Source of the DNA: Candidatus Saccharimonadia bacterium
GTDB lineage: Bacteria > Patescibacteriota > Saccharimonadia > Saccharimonadales > JALRHH01
Length of the DNA stretch: 64,000 nt
NCBI GenBank assembly: GCA_023253175.1
Contig: JALRHH010000002.1
Span: 128,199 to 192,198 of the forward strand
Direction: 5' to 3'
The stretch's first letter is position 1. Each line of letters opens with the position of its first letter. Both the position numbers and the translations under genes were made by a program. A model generated the notes under the pieces. It saw nothing but the letters and a program-made list of their open reading frames with translations. It did no database searches and was not told the DNA's origin. This document shows positions 51,731 to 61,180 of the stretch, piece by piece.

Positions 51731-53488
51731 ATGCTAACAAACATTCTCGGCTACCTAGGACAACCATTAAATTTATCGGAAGTTTTACACGGCAATGTCT
51801 TTGCTGAGCTGAGCTTTGCAATCGGTATTGCAGCGATTATGGCGCTGATTATGCGGCTAATAAAACAGCCATTACTGCTTGGATATATTCTTGCCGGGCT
51901 GATCGTAGGACCGTCCGTACTGGGAGTAATTAGCCCCGCAAACCAGGAAATGTTCGACACATTCTCTCATATTGGCATTGCCCTACTACTCTTCATTATT
52001 GGCCTGGGCATGAATGTATCCGAGCTCAGAAAACAAGGTAAATCAGTACTTCTAACGGCAATTGTCGCGCTCATCACTATGGTATCGCTTGGATTTACCG
52101 CTGCGTCACTGCTTGGCTTCATGCATACCGAAGCACTGATTATCGGATTCGCTCTGTTCTTTAGTAGCACCATTGTGATCGTCAAGGTCCTGAGTGACCG
52201 CAAAGAAACCAACCGACTTCATGGGCACCTTGCTATTGGTGTCATTCTATTTGATGACCTTGTGGCAACACTGGCGCTGGTCGTCATTGCGGCCGGCAAG
52301 GGTGGTGGGCTTGAGCTAGAGCAGTTTGTATTCTTATTCCTTAAGGGGATCGCTCTTATGGCACTCCTTGCCTTCGCAAGCATGAAACTACTCGGCAAAA
52401 TTACCCGTTTCATGGCCTCTTCACAGGAGCTGCTGTTCCTATTCGCCCTTGCTTGGGGGTTCGGCGTTGGAACGCTGTTCGAGTTTGCAGGATTCTCACT
52501 TGAAGTCGGTGCATTGTTTGCCGGTGTTGCCCTCGGATCTGTACCGTATGCCCAGGAGATCACCGCTCGCCTCAAACCGCTTCGTGACTTCTTTGTCGTA
52601 TTGTTCTTTATTACGCTCGGCGAAAGCCTTGACCTTGGCGGCCTCAGTGGTGTTATCCTGCCGGCGCTACTATTATCAGTGCTCGTCATGATTGCTAAGC
52701 CAACAATTATTACACTGACCCTCGGCCTGCTTGGCTACACCAAACGCGTCAGCTTCAAAGCTGGCGTTAACCTATCCCAGATTAGTGAATTCTCTATTAT
52801 TATGACGGTACTTGCCGCCTCGAGCGGTATGGTTAGTGAAGATGTCGCTGCGGTTATAACCTTAGTTGCAATGATAACCATCGCCGCTTCTACCTATCTG
52901 ATGCACTACGACGAAAAACTCTTCCTGCTGTTTGATAAGATCAACTTCAAGCTATTTGACCGTGAATCAAAATACAAAGAGCACATTAGGCGCAAAAGCT
53001 ATCCGTTCGTCTTATTTGGGTACCACAAGGGCGGCCATCAGTTTATTAATACTTTCCAAAATATGAACAAGCGCTTCATCGTCGTTGATTATGACCCCGC
53101 TGTCGCAGAAACCCTCGAACGACAAGACGTACCGTATATCTATGGTGACGCAACCGATCCAGAACTGATGGAGGAGGTCGGCGTCGAGCATGCCAAGGTA
53201 ATTATTAGCACCTTTACTGACTTCACGATCACTGAGCAGCTCGTGAGCTACGTCAGCAAGGTTAATCAGAAAGCTGTAATCATCTGCCATGCAACTAACC
53301 AAGAAGAGGCCATTAAGTTATACGAGCTTGGTGCCACTTACGTCATGATTCCGCACTATATCGGCAGTGAAAAAGTCAGTTCATTCCTCAAGAAAAATGG
53401 CGGCGACAAGGCTGAATTTGATCAGTTCAAAGAAAAACATCTCAATTACCTAGAGAACCATTTTACGCAGTCTGCGCCAGACATGTAG
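51731..53488 (+). CDS. Cation:proton antiporter (CPA2/Kef-type) with C-terminal TrkA-N (RCK) domain
   Basis: About 12 TM Na_H_exchanger-like core (LLLGYILAGLIVGPSVLG), then a Rossmann-like VLFGYHKGGHQF segment. Start placed at MLTNIL (51731). Confidence 0.85.
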   Translation: MLTNILGYLGQPLNLSEVLHGNVFAELSFAIGIAAIMALIMRLIKQPLLLGYILAGLIVGPSVLGVISPANQEMFDTFSHIGIALLLFIIGLGMNVSELRKQGKSVLLTAIVALITMVSLGFTAASLLGFMHTEALIIGFALFFSSTIVIVKVLSDRKETNRLHGHLAIGVILFDDLVATLALVVIAAGKGGGLELEQFVFLFLKGIALMALLAFASMKLLGKITRFMASSQELLFLFALAWGFGVGTLFEFAGFSLEVGALFAGVALGSVPYAQEITARLKPLRDFFVVLFFITLGESLDLGGLSGVILPALLLSVLVMIAKPTIITLTLGLLGYTKRVSFKAGVNLSQISEFSIIMTVLAASSGMVSEDVAAVITLVAMITIAASTYLMHYDEKLFLLFDKINFKLFDRESKYKEHIRRKSYPFVLFGYHKGGHQFINTFQNMNKRFIVVDYDPAVAETLERQDVPYIYGDATDPELMEEVGVEHAKVIISTFTDFTITEQLVSYVSKVNQKAVIICHATNQEEAIKLYELGATYVMIPHYIGSEKVSSFLKKNGGDKAEFDQFKEKHLNYLENHFTQSAPDM

Positions 53489-53496
53489 CACCTGAT

Positions 53497-54081
53497 TTAC
53501 TGGTGATACAAACCGTTTTTCTGAATATACTCGAATACCTCAAACGAAACCGCCTTTGGTCGTTTGCCTAACTTGAGCTGGCTTCTGATGTATGAGTTAT
53601 TGTGCGTTTCGTAATCTGGGGGCAACAAGCTATATGGCAGTTTCAGTTTCTTAGTCTCTATAAGTTCGTCAATTGTTGCCCTTGATGGCCTACCGGCACG
53701 CTGGGCAATCACAAATGTAGGAGCTTGCTTGCCAAATTCAGTTGTGTGGGGCCATGCAGCCAGACGCGTGACCGCACTATTACCCAGTAGCATATATAAA
53801 TCCTCGCCAAGAAATCTGGACGTGATCGCCGGCCAAATATAGCGCACGTCAAACTCTTGTGTCGTCAGTGATATAACACCAAATTCTGGAATATTAGCCA
53901 GTGCGAGATGCACCATGTTCGTGCGGTGCTGCAGCGCTTTTACGCCTTGCTTATGACGCGGTTTTGGTTCTGGCAGGAAATATATCTTATCAAGACTAAA
54001 CGTCTCGGCAGCGGCCCTCGCAAATGCGATATGGCCATCATGGATCGGATCAAATGCCGCAGGATAAATTCCTATGCGCAT
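53497..54081 (-). CDS. Nicotinate/nicotinamide-nucleotide adenylyltransferase-like (NadD family cytidylyltransferase fold)
   Basis: N-terminal IGIYPAAFDPIHDGHIAF (HxGH motif), 194 aa. Confidence 0.75.
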   Translation of the reverse strand: MRIGIYPAAFDPIHDGHIAFARAAAETFSLDKIYFLPEPKPRHKQGVKALQHRTNMVHLALANIPEFGVISLTTQEFDVRYIWPAITSRFLGEDLYMLLGNSAVTRLAAWPHTTEFGKQAPTFVIAQRAGRPSRATIDELIETKKLKLPYSLLPPDYETHNNSYIRSQLKLGKRPKAVSFEVFEYIQKNGLYHQ

Positions 54082-54255
54082 TTAATCTTGAGGAGCCCCT
54101 TCGCAGCATTTTGTGATTGCATGGCACGCCTCACACATAAAGTGCCCGTGCACCGGCATTAATGGGTAGTGGCCGCAGACCTCACAAAAGAATTCTGGAG
54201 ACCGCTCCTTCACGAGTTCCTGATAGATTTCATCGTCCTGTTGTATTTGATTCAT
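54082..54255 (-). CDS. Small cysteine-rich zinc-ribbon-like protein (57 aa)
   Basis: Hand-found, below the track cutoff: MNQIQQDDEIYQELVKERSPEFFCEVCGHYPLMPVHGHFMCEACHAITKCCEGAPQD. Its stop directly abuts the nadD-like ATG. Confidence 0.55.
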   Translation of the reverse strand: MNQIQQDDEIYQELVKERSPEFFCEVCGHYPLMPVHGHFMCEACHAITKCCEGAPQD

Positions 54256-54264
54256 GATTCTATT

Positions 54265-55836
54265 TTACGCTGCCAGAGTAAAAATTGACGGCTTTTGTTG
54301 GGCCTTCGGTTTCTTCTTTGGTTCAATAATTTTTGAGTCTACCTTCTTAAAACCACAGCCACAGAACGCATCTGATGTTTCAGCATTGTAATAAACCTTT
54401 CCTATGCTTTTGCAGCCAGGACACCAAGCCTTATCATATGAGACAAGCTTGCTTAATTCAGAAGGCTTAATGCCAAGCTCACGTGCCGCCGCTAAATCCT
54501 CTATGCTATTTGGGTCAGCTGCCTTAAGCCCGCAGGCTCCGCCGGCACAACCACCGCCAACCTTAACATCTTGACTAGCGATCGATCGATCGATTTCGTT
54601 TAGATTACTCATTGATGTCATTACAGAATTTACATCTTCGTGAGCAGCTTGCTTAATTCGCTGTACAGTCTGAGTATCAACCTGATCAATCACCTTAACG
54701 TTATCTGTCACAATTCCAGCCTTTGTCGCAATAATATTTCGCTTTGCCTTTTCAACTAAAGCTGCGAGCTCCCTGGTCATGATATATCTAGTACCCCGCC
54801 TGTGACTCTCTACTCTTTGTTTAATGTAATCTTCCCACTCTTGTGAAACATTATCTATAAAGCTTGTTACAGCGTCCGTGCTCATACCTTGTTCAAGGCT
54901 CGCCGCGAGCTCCAGAGATGATTCATACCATTCCTGTGAGAAAAACTTTGCTTTCTCCTCATATAGACATTGATCCTGACGGAAACGCTCAAGCTGGGAC
55001 TTTACAGAATCTCTTATGTCTTGATCGTGAATATAGGGCAAAACCGAAGAAACAATTGTCACTGGGCCTTCTTGAACCTGCTCTAGTGGCAACTCGAGCT
55101 CACTGAAAGCCTCCATGACAGATAGTGCGGAACCTTTATCCTCTAACTGGATCGATTTGCTAAATATATTCTGATCGTCTTCAAGCATTGCTACCCATGC
55201 ATCAAGTGGTATGTCGCGGACCAGCAGCGACTCCATCACTCTATAAGATTCATTTCCATGGCTATCTGTTAACAGGTAGGACGCTCGTATAGAGTCTTCT
55301 TCGTGCAAGTGCTCCGCGGCAGCAATATATGCAGGCGCATCAGTGTCAGACATGCGTGGTGATATGAAGAATTGTACGCGTCCGGGCTGCAATGTTTCCT
55401 GCGTATGGATAGCTTCAGCAACCTCAATATCAACCCGCTTAGCTGCTTGCTTTGAAAAATGAAAATCGTAACCACTCTCTGCAACGCTAGTAGCCGTACG
55501 CCCCAGCCAGCGGAAGACACGTTCCATTTTTTGAGCCTCCGGAATATATACCTGCTCCACTCTGTGCGCTGTGCGCGTCACTGCGTACGGCATTGCGATT
55601 TCGCTAAGCGCTGTTTGCTTGTTAACCAACACGTCGTCTCTAATCTCGTTAGGTACATACCCGAACTCTTTGAGAGATGATGCAAGGTGGTCAACCTCCG
55701 TCAATAAGCGGCTGATCTCAATATCGGGCAGAACTTCACTACCATCAATGGTAGCCTGCAACGTCTCGACACTAGCTACAGATACCACTCTCGGGGTTTC
55801 TTGACTTAAGGCGGCTAGCTCGACCACTGATTCCAT
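54265..55836 (-). CDS. Hypothetical protein with C-terminal cysteine cluster
   Basis: Start placed at MESVV (55836), with SD GAGGG 7 nt upstream. The C-terminus has GGGCAGGACG and WCPGCKS...FCGCGF motifs. Confidence 0.6.
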   Translation of the reverse strand: MESVVELAALSQETPRVVSVASVETLQATIDGSEVLPDIEISRLLTEVDHLASSLKEFGYVPNEIRDDVLVNKQTALSEIAMPYAVTRTAHRVEQVYIPEAQKMERVFRWLGRTATSVAESGYDFHFSKQAAKRVDIEVAEAIHTQETLQPGRVQFFISPRMSDTDAPAYIAAAEHLHEEDSIRASYLLTDSHGNESYRVMESLLVRDIPLDAWVAMLEDDQNIFSKSIQLEDKGSALSVMEAFSELELPLEQVQEGPVTIVSSVLPYIHDQDIRDSVKSQLERFRQDQCLYEEKAKFFSQEWYESSLELAASLEQGMSTDAVTSFIDNVSQEWEDYIKQRVESHRRGTRYIMTRELAALVEKAKRNIIATKAGIVTDNVKVIDQVDTQTVQRIKQAAHEDVNSVMTSMSNLNEIDRSIASQDVKVGGGCAGGACGLKAADPNSIEDLAAARELGIKPSELSKLVSYDKAWCPGCKSIGKVYYNAETSDAFCGCGFKKVDSKIIEPKKKPKAQQKPSIFTLAA

Positions 55837-56085
55837 AAAAATACCCTCATTCTCTGATGCGAAAATGAGGGGACTAAAATACTTAGGCACTTCACTCTTG
55901 CTCGAGAGATTTTATCGCTGTATCGGACTTTAACCGTTGCGGCACAGTTCAGGAATTTCACCTGCTTCCAGCTCTATGTTTTTGTAAAAGTTACGCTTAT
56001 CTTATCACGAAAATAGGACGCTAGATGTAGTAGTATACGCTACAGCTAGTGCCCTATTTGTATGTCATACACCAGGGGTGGTGTA

Positions 56086-56760
56086 TTACGGAGTTACTGC
56101 CGCTGTTGGGCCAACTAAGATTAAGAGATCAACGTCAGCTTGCTTATCTTCACCAGCAGGTAATGTACCTACGCTACCCTTTACGATTTCCGCCAGCTTC
56201 TTAGCTTGCTCGCCATTGGTACCTTTAACGTCAACAACGGTTACGCCGCTCAGCTGCGTCTTGCTTGCGCCGCCTGATGTGAAGGTTAGCTGGTTGTCAG
56301 TCAGGAGCTTTTCAATAGATGCCCTTTCGGCGTCAGAACCAACCGTGCGAATGCTCAGTCCGTTCTCTACGTTCACGGGACCAACCTTAACCAACTTCTT
56401 GGTCGCAGGACGATACAAGATAGCCAGTTTAGCTTCCTTGTAAATCAGAACGACATCGTTGTTCTCTGCCTGATCAAAGAATGGATACTGCTTCTTAAGC
56501 GCCTCTTTGTCTTTTACGGTCGCAACATCTGGCTTCTCGTTTGCGGGTAGGCTATAGAGCTTACCAACCTCACTAATCGTCTGATCAACCTGCGCTTGCT
56601 GCAGCTTTTCTGGATTCGCGTTCTTAGCGTCCTGGTACTTCTTAAAGAAAAGACCTGTTGTGCCAGCCAGTACGAGCAATGCCACGATGTTTAGCGCAAT
56701 AAGCGCCCTTTTACCTGTAAATAATTTCTTTTTTGATTTATCACTTGCCATTATATTCAC
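56086..56760 (-). CDS. Membrane-anchored hypothetical protein, LytR_C-like C-terminus
   Basis: N-terminal TM. The C-terminal VTVVDVKGTNGEQAKKLAEIV...DVDLLILVG resembles the LytR C-terminal domain pattern, recalled from memory. Confidence 0.45.
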   Translation of the reverse strand: MNIMASDKSKKKLFTGKRALIALNIVALLVLAGTTGLFFKKYQDAKNANPEKLQQAQVDQTISEVGKLYSLPANEKPDVATVKDKEALKKQYPFFDQAENNDVVLIYKEAKLAILYRPATKKLVKVGPVNVENGLSIRTVGSDAERASIEKLLTDNQLTFTSGGASKTQLSGVTVVDVKGTNGEQAKKLAEIVKGSVGTLPAGEDKQADVDLLILVGPTAAVTP

Positions 56761-56775
56761 CTTTTATGCTTACGA

Positions 56776-57603
56776 TTATGATAGCACACCGGTCGCAAGA
56801 AGTACTATCAGCACACCTCCAAGTACCACACGGTAGAGAATAAAGCTCTTAAAGGAGTGTCCAGCAATAAACTTCAGCAGCCACGCCACCGCTACATACG
56901 CAACAAAAAATGAAACAACGGTAGCTACAATCGTCGGTACCCAGCCCACGCGTTCTCCAATATCTGATGCGTGCGTCGTGACCTGTAAAATACCTGCTGC
57001 CATCAATGCTGGTATCGACAAGAAAAATGCCAACCTTGTTGCAGTCAAGCGATCAAATCCGCGCATAAACGACGCCGAAATCGTTGCACCAGACCGGGAC
57101 ACACCAGGTACGAGCGCCAAACACTGCACCACACCCACAAATAGCGTATCTTTCCATGTTACCTGCTTTTCGCTGCGGTCTTGTTTGGCGTAACGTTCCG
57201 TCACGTACATAACCGCGCTCCAGACGAGTAAACCGATTGCCACAAGCCACATACTCCTGAGCGTCGTTTCAATCTGATCCTTAAAGGTTATGCCGACAAT
57301 TGCGATAGGTATTGAGCCGATAATCACACCCCAACCCAATCGATAGTCAGCATTTCTTGCCCTTGGACTACGGAAACCCCTAATCCACGCAATAAATACT
57401 CGCTTAATATCTTCTCTAAAATAGAGCACTGTTGCGAGCGTAGCACCTGTCTGTATAAAGGCAGTAAACGCGGTGATAGCGGGGTCGTTAATGTCGTAAC
57501 CCAAAAGCCGTTCAGTGATTGTTAGGTGACCTGTGCTGGATATTGGTAGGAACTCGGTGATTCCTTCAACAATTCCGAGCAAAATTGCGTGCAGTATGTC
57601 CAT
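56776..57603 (-). CDS. uppP: Undecaprenyl-diphosphate phosphatase UppP (BacA)
   Basis: LGIVEGITEFLPISSTGHL and the PGVSRSGATI motif, 8 TM. Confidence 0.95.
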   Translation of the reverse strand: MDILHAILLGIVEGITEFLPISSTGHLTITERLLGYDINDPAITAFTAFIQTGATLATVLYFREDIKRVFIAWIRGFRSPRARNADYRLGWGVIIGSIPIAIVGITFKDQIETTLRSMWLVAIGLLVWSAVMYVTERYAKQDRSEKQVTWKDTLFVGVVQCLALVPGVSRSGATISASFMRGFDRLTATRLAFFLSIPALMAAGILQVTTHASDIGERVGWVPTIVATVVSFFVAYVAVAWLLKFIAGHSFKSFILYRVVLGGVLIVLLATGVLS

Positions 57604-57604
57604 A

Positions 57605-58051
57605 CTACGAAGCCACCTTTAGTTCAGATAATCTTGGGATAAAGGAATGTGCCGCCCCGTCCAGACCGAGCACCTTTAAAGCACCAATTAATACATATAG
57701 TTCATCGAGCTGTTTCTGGGTAAGACTAGACGATTCGGCCTCACTAAACAACAATTCAACTTTTTGCACCAGCCACTTCTCCTCTGATGGCTTTACTGAT
57801 ACCGGTGCCGCAGTCTCCTTAGCGCTTGCAACGACCTCAATAGAGCGCGCTGAATGGTCACGCTTGATTAAATGTCCCCGCTTAATCAGGCTATTTACAT
57901 GCAGCGCCACCGTAGCCACCGAGTTGTACCCAAGGCCGCTCATAATCTCACGGTAACTTGGGCTGTAGCCGTGCTCGCTAATAAAACCTTCGATATAGGT
58001 CAATAGTTCACGCTGTTTTTTAGTTGGTCGTACGTTCGTTGTATCAGGCAT
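57605..58051 (-). CDS. LexA-type winged-helix DNA-binding domain protein lacking the S24 peptidase domain
   Basis: The N-terminal 70 aa (TKKQRELLTYIEGFISEHGYSPSYREIMSGLGYNSVATVALHVNSLIKRGHLIK) match the LexA N-domain. The C-terminal 75 aa have no Ala-Gly site or Ser/Lys dyad. Confidence 0.65.
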   Translation of the reverse strand: MPDTTNVRPTKKQRELLTYIEGFISEHGYSPSYREIMSGLGYNSVATVALHVNSLIKRGHLIKRDHSARSIEVVASAKETAAPVSVKPSEEKWLVQKVELLFSEAESSSLTQKQLDELYVLIGALKVLGLDGAAHSFIPRLSELKVAS

Positions 58052-58520
58052 GGTGTTTCGTCTTTCTTATGCGCTCCTTACCCTTAAATACCCAGGCCTT
58101 GTACCAGAAATAGTTCCAAATTGTGAAGAACCCAGATGCAATAAATTGTCCGATCGCCGGCTCAATGCCAACTTGCCTCAGGCCCTCCAGGATTAAGTAG
58201 TTAAGGAGGAACGCGTTGAGTGCGGTATACACAATATATCTGATGGTTGCAACGCCAAGCTTACTCTGGCGCTTCGTCTTAAAGACCCAGTATCTGGATA
58301 TTAAGAAATTAAGAATGATTCCTACTGCATTACCCGCAAAGTTTGCCCAGAACAGCGGCACATCCTGGGCAGTCAGGACAACGATAATGATGTAACCACT
58401 CCAGAACCAGACACCACCGCTGATCATATACTCTACAAAACGAGTAACCTCTTTGCGCTGCTTTTTATTGAGTGAGTGGTGTTTCTTTGCCATTGTTTGG
58501 GTTTTGTTCAGATTATTCAT
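58044..58520 (-). CDS. GtrA family membrane protein
   Basis: 158 aa, 4 TM, motif FVEYMISGGVWFWSGY...RYWVFK. Confidence 0.8.
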   Translation of the reverse strand: MNNLNKTQTMAKKHHSLNKKQRKEVTRFVEYMISGGVWFWSGYIIIVVLTAQDVPLFWANFAGNAVGIILNFLISRYWVFKTKRQSKLGVATIRYIVYTALNAFLLNYLILEGLRQVGIEPAIGQFIASGFFTIWNYFWYKAWVFKGKERIRKTKHHA

Positions 58521-58627
58521 AGTATAACATTCGTTTACGTCGTAGTACTCGGAAAATTGAAGTAAACTTCATTTTCCTCCGTTCTATTCGTATCAGGAAT
58601 CGCCACCAGTGGTACAATGATTCTCAT

Positions 58628-60052
58628 ATGAAGAACAACGCTTCACTTGTCTACTCATTATTTCTGCTCTTTGGTGACTTCATCGCCTTGATTGCAGCGT
58701 TTGCAGCTGCGTACATACTACGTTTCCAGTATTTTGATGATGGCAAGCTGGCAGCAATTGGCGGCGAGAACTTCCTGAGGGCAATTATCAGCATTCTGCC
58801 TGTCTGGCTACTCGTGCACGCCTTCATTGGCCTGTACCGCCAAGAGATATATGAAAAGCGATTCGTGGAAATGGGCCGACTACTTGTCGGTGCATTCCTG
58901 GGCACACTCCTCATCATTGGATACGACTTTTTGTCAGAGGATCAGCTTCTTCCTGGACGACTAGTGCCATTCTATGCGCTGCTCATTGGCTTCGTACTCC
59001 TCGTGCTATTCCGAACACTTGCCCGTGCATTCCGGCATATCTTATATAGGTTTGGCGGAGGTGTCAGCAATATCCTTATCGTCGGCGATACTCGCGTGAG
59101 TGAGGACATCGCCTGGTCAATGGGAGATACCCGAAACACTGGCATTAACATAGTGGGAATTGTCGGGCGAAAATACCGTAATTACCGCAGCTTTGAGGAC
59201 TTCGAAACAGCTATCACGATGCTTAAAGACGAACAAATCCATGGCATCATCCAAACAGAGCTATACCGTGATCAGGCAAGGAACAATGCCATCCTCAGGC
59301 ACGCTCAGGAGAACCACATTGCCTACCGATTTGTACCCGGAAACGCCGATTTATTTGTTGGCAATATTACCGTTGAACTTTTTGCCGGATTACCTGTTAT
59401 TGCCGTACACCAAACCGCACTCGTTGGCTGGGGGCGCGTCGTCAAACGCGTATTCGACCTGGCTCTCACGATACCAGCAATGGTTATTGCCGTGCCGCTT
59501 ATGATCATCGTAGCTGTCGCCATGAAAATCAGCGACCCAAAATCCAGCCTCTTTTTCCGTCAAACACGCCTGACTCGCTTTAACCGTGAATTCACGGTAT
59601 ACAAATTCCGATCTCAGTACCAAAAATATGATGGCACTACCCCTGAAAAAGCCTTCTCTATGATGGGCAAACCTGAACTAGCCAAGCAGTACCGAGAGAA
59701 CGGTGATTTCCTAGAAAAAGACCCCCGCGTCACACCTATTGGCCGCTTCACCCGTGCTACGAGTCTGGATGAACTACCGCAGCTTCTCAATGTACTGAAA
59801 GGTGACATTAGCCTTGTAGGACCCCGGGCGCTCATTCCACAGGAACTTAATAAGTATGAAAAGAAGCACGCTATATTGAGCGTCAAGTCAGGCCTCACAG
59901 GACTTGCCGTTGTATCCGGAAGACGTGATATAGATTTCGACGAGCGGCGCAAACTTGACGTCTACTATGTCCAGAACTGGAGCTTCTGGCTGGATATATC
60001 AATCATCCTCCGCACCATCCGCATGGTCATTAACAGGACCGGGGCGCGGTGA
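58628..60052 (+). CDS. Polyprenyl-phosphate glycosylphosphotransferase (WbaP-type bacterial sugar transferase)
   Basis: N-terminal TM bundle plus C-terminal sugar-transferase domain ([36 protein letters not shown]). Confidence 0.9.
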   Translation: MKNNASLVYSLFLLFGDFIALIAAFAAAYILRFQYFDDGKLAAIGGENFLRAIISILPVWLLVHAFIGLYRQEIYEKRFVEMGRLLVGAFLGTLLIIGYDFLSEDQLLPGRLVPFYALLIGFVLLVLFRTLARAFRHILYRFGGGVSNILIVGDTRVSEDIAWSMGDTRNTGINIVGIVGRKYRNYRSFEDFETAITMLKDEQIHGIIQTELYRDQARNNAILRHAQENHIAYRFVPGNADLFVGNITVELFAGLPVIAVHQTALVGWGRVVKRVFDLALTIPAMVIAVPLMIIVAVAMKISDPKSSLFFRQTRLTRFNREFTVYKFRSQYQKYDGTTPEKAFSMMGKPELAKQYRENGDFLEKDPRVTPIGRFTRATSLDELPQLLNVLKGDISLVGPRALIPQELNKYEKKHAILSVKSGLTGLAVVSGRRDIDFDERRKLDVYYVQNWSFWLDISIILRTIRMVINRTGAR

Positions 60053-61149
60053 CGGATCTCAGCAAGCTCAAGGTTGCCATAACCCATGATTGGTTAGTCG
60101 GTGGTGGTGCCGAAAAAGTCGTCCTGGAACTTCACCACATGTTCCCCGATGCGCCCATTTATACATCGTACGCAACTGATGAATGGCGCAAAAAACTAGA
60201 TAACAAAGTTGTTACTGGCTGGCTACAGCACTTTGGCAAACTTCGAAAGTTTATGGTGTTGCCACGAATTTGGTGGTTCGAACACCTTGATCTATCTGAA
60301 TATGATCTCGTCATTTCATCATCTGGCAATGGCGAGGCCTTCGCTGTTAAGACACATAAAAACACTTTACACGTTAACTATTGTCATTCCCCCACCCACT
60401 ACTACTGGAGGCACTATGACCAGTATGTTCGCGAACCTGGATTTGGTGTTTTTAATCCAGTTGTCCGCACTGCGCTAAAACTACTCCTTTCCCCACTACG
60501 AAAATGGGATTACAAAGCCGCCCAGCGCGCCGACGTCATGATCGCCAATTCAAGCCACATCCAGGCCGACATTCGACGTTATTATGACCGTGAATCAACC
60601 GTAATCTTTCCACCTGTTGATACGAAGCCATTTCAAGAGACCTCAAGCCAGAGCCGTAACGGATTTTTAGTGTTAGGCCGTCAAGTCCCGCAAAAGCGCC
60701 AAATTTTGGCCGTAGAGGCTTGTACGAACCTAGGACTACCACTAACCGTTGTAGGCAGTGGACCAGAGAATTCACGGCTCCGCACAGCAGCGGGCCCTAG
60801 CGTTTCGTTTGATACAGACGCCTCCGATCAAGACGTTCGTCAGTACATGGCAAATAGTCAGGCATTTTTATTCTGTGGAACCGATGATTTTGGTATAGCG
60901 CCTGTTGAAGCCATGGCGGCCGGCACACCCGTTATTGCATACAAGGCCGGCGGTGCCCTAGATTACGTCCAGCCAGGCATCACTGGGGAGTTCTTCGAAG
61001 AAAACTCATCTGAATCACTTTCACAAGTCCTCAGCGCATTTGATTCATCAAAATATAGCCCCGATGGTATAAAAAGAGCTTCAAACAAGTTCTCTATCGT
61101 TAGTTTCCATAAAACTTTGCAAGACCTACTCAATTCCGCGATACAATAA
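60049..61149 (+). CDS. Glycosyltransferase, GT4 (GT-B fold) family
   Basis: C-terminal EDFGIAPVEAMAAGTPVIA motif. Overlaps the upstream gene by 4 nt. Confidence 0.85.
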   Translation: MTDLSKLKVAITHDWLVGGGAEKVVLELHHMFPDAPIYTSYATDEWRKKLDNKVVTGWLQHFGKLRKFMVLPRIWWFEHLDLSEYDLVISSSGNGEAFAVKTHKNTLHVNYCHSPTHYYWRHYDQYVREPGFGVFNPVVRTALKLLLSPLRKWDYKAAQRADVMIANSSHIQADIRRYYDRESTVIFPPVDTKPFQETSSQSRNGFLVLGRQVPQKRQILAVEACTNLGLPLTVVGSGPENSRLRTAAGPSVSFDTDASDQDVRQYMANSQAFLFCGTDDFGIAPVEAMAAGTPVIAYKAGGALDYVQPGITGEFFEENSSESLSQVLSAFDSSKYSPDGIKRASNKFSIVSFHKTLQDLLNSAIQ

Positions 61150-61180
61150 AATCTCGTAACAAAGGATTTTTAGTTTATAT

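Noticed and set aside
52219-52689. 156-aa reverse ORF inside the Kef-type antiporter gene
   Set aside because: It is antisense to a polytopic transporter and is a Ser/Pro/Arg-rich shadow frame.
61150-61180. glmS ribozyme upstream of glmS
   Set aside because: Only 31 nt separate the GT4 gene stop from the glmS ATG, which leaves no room for the roughly 170-nt ribozyme.
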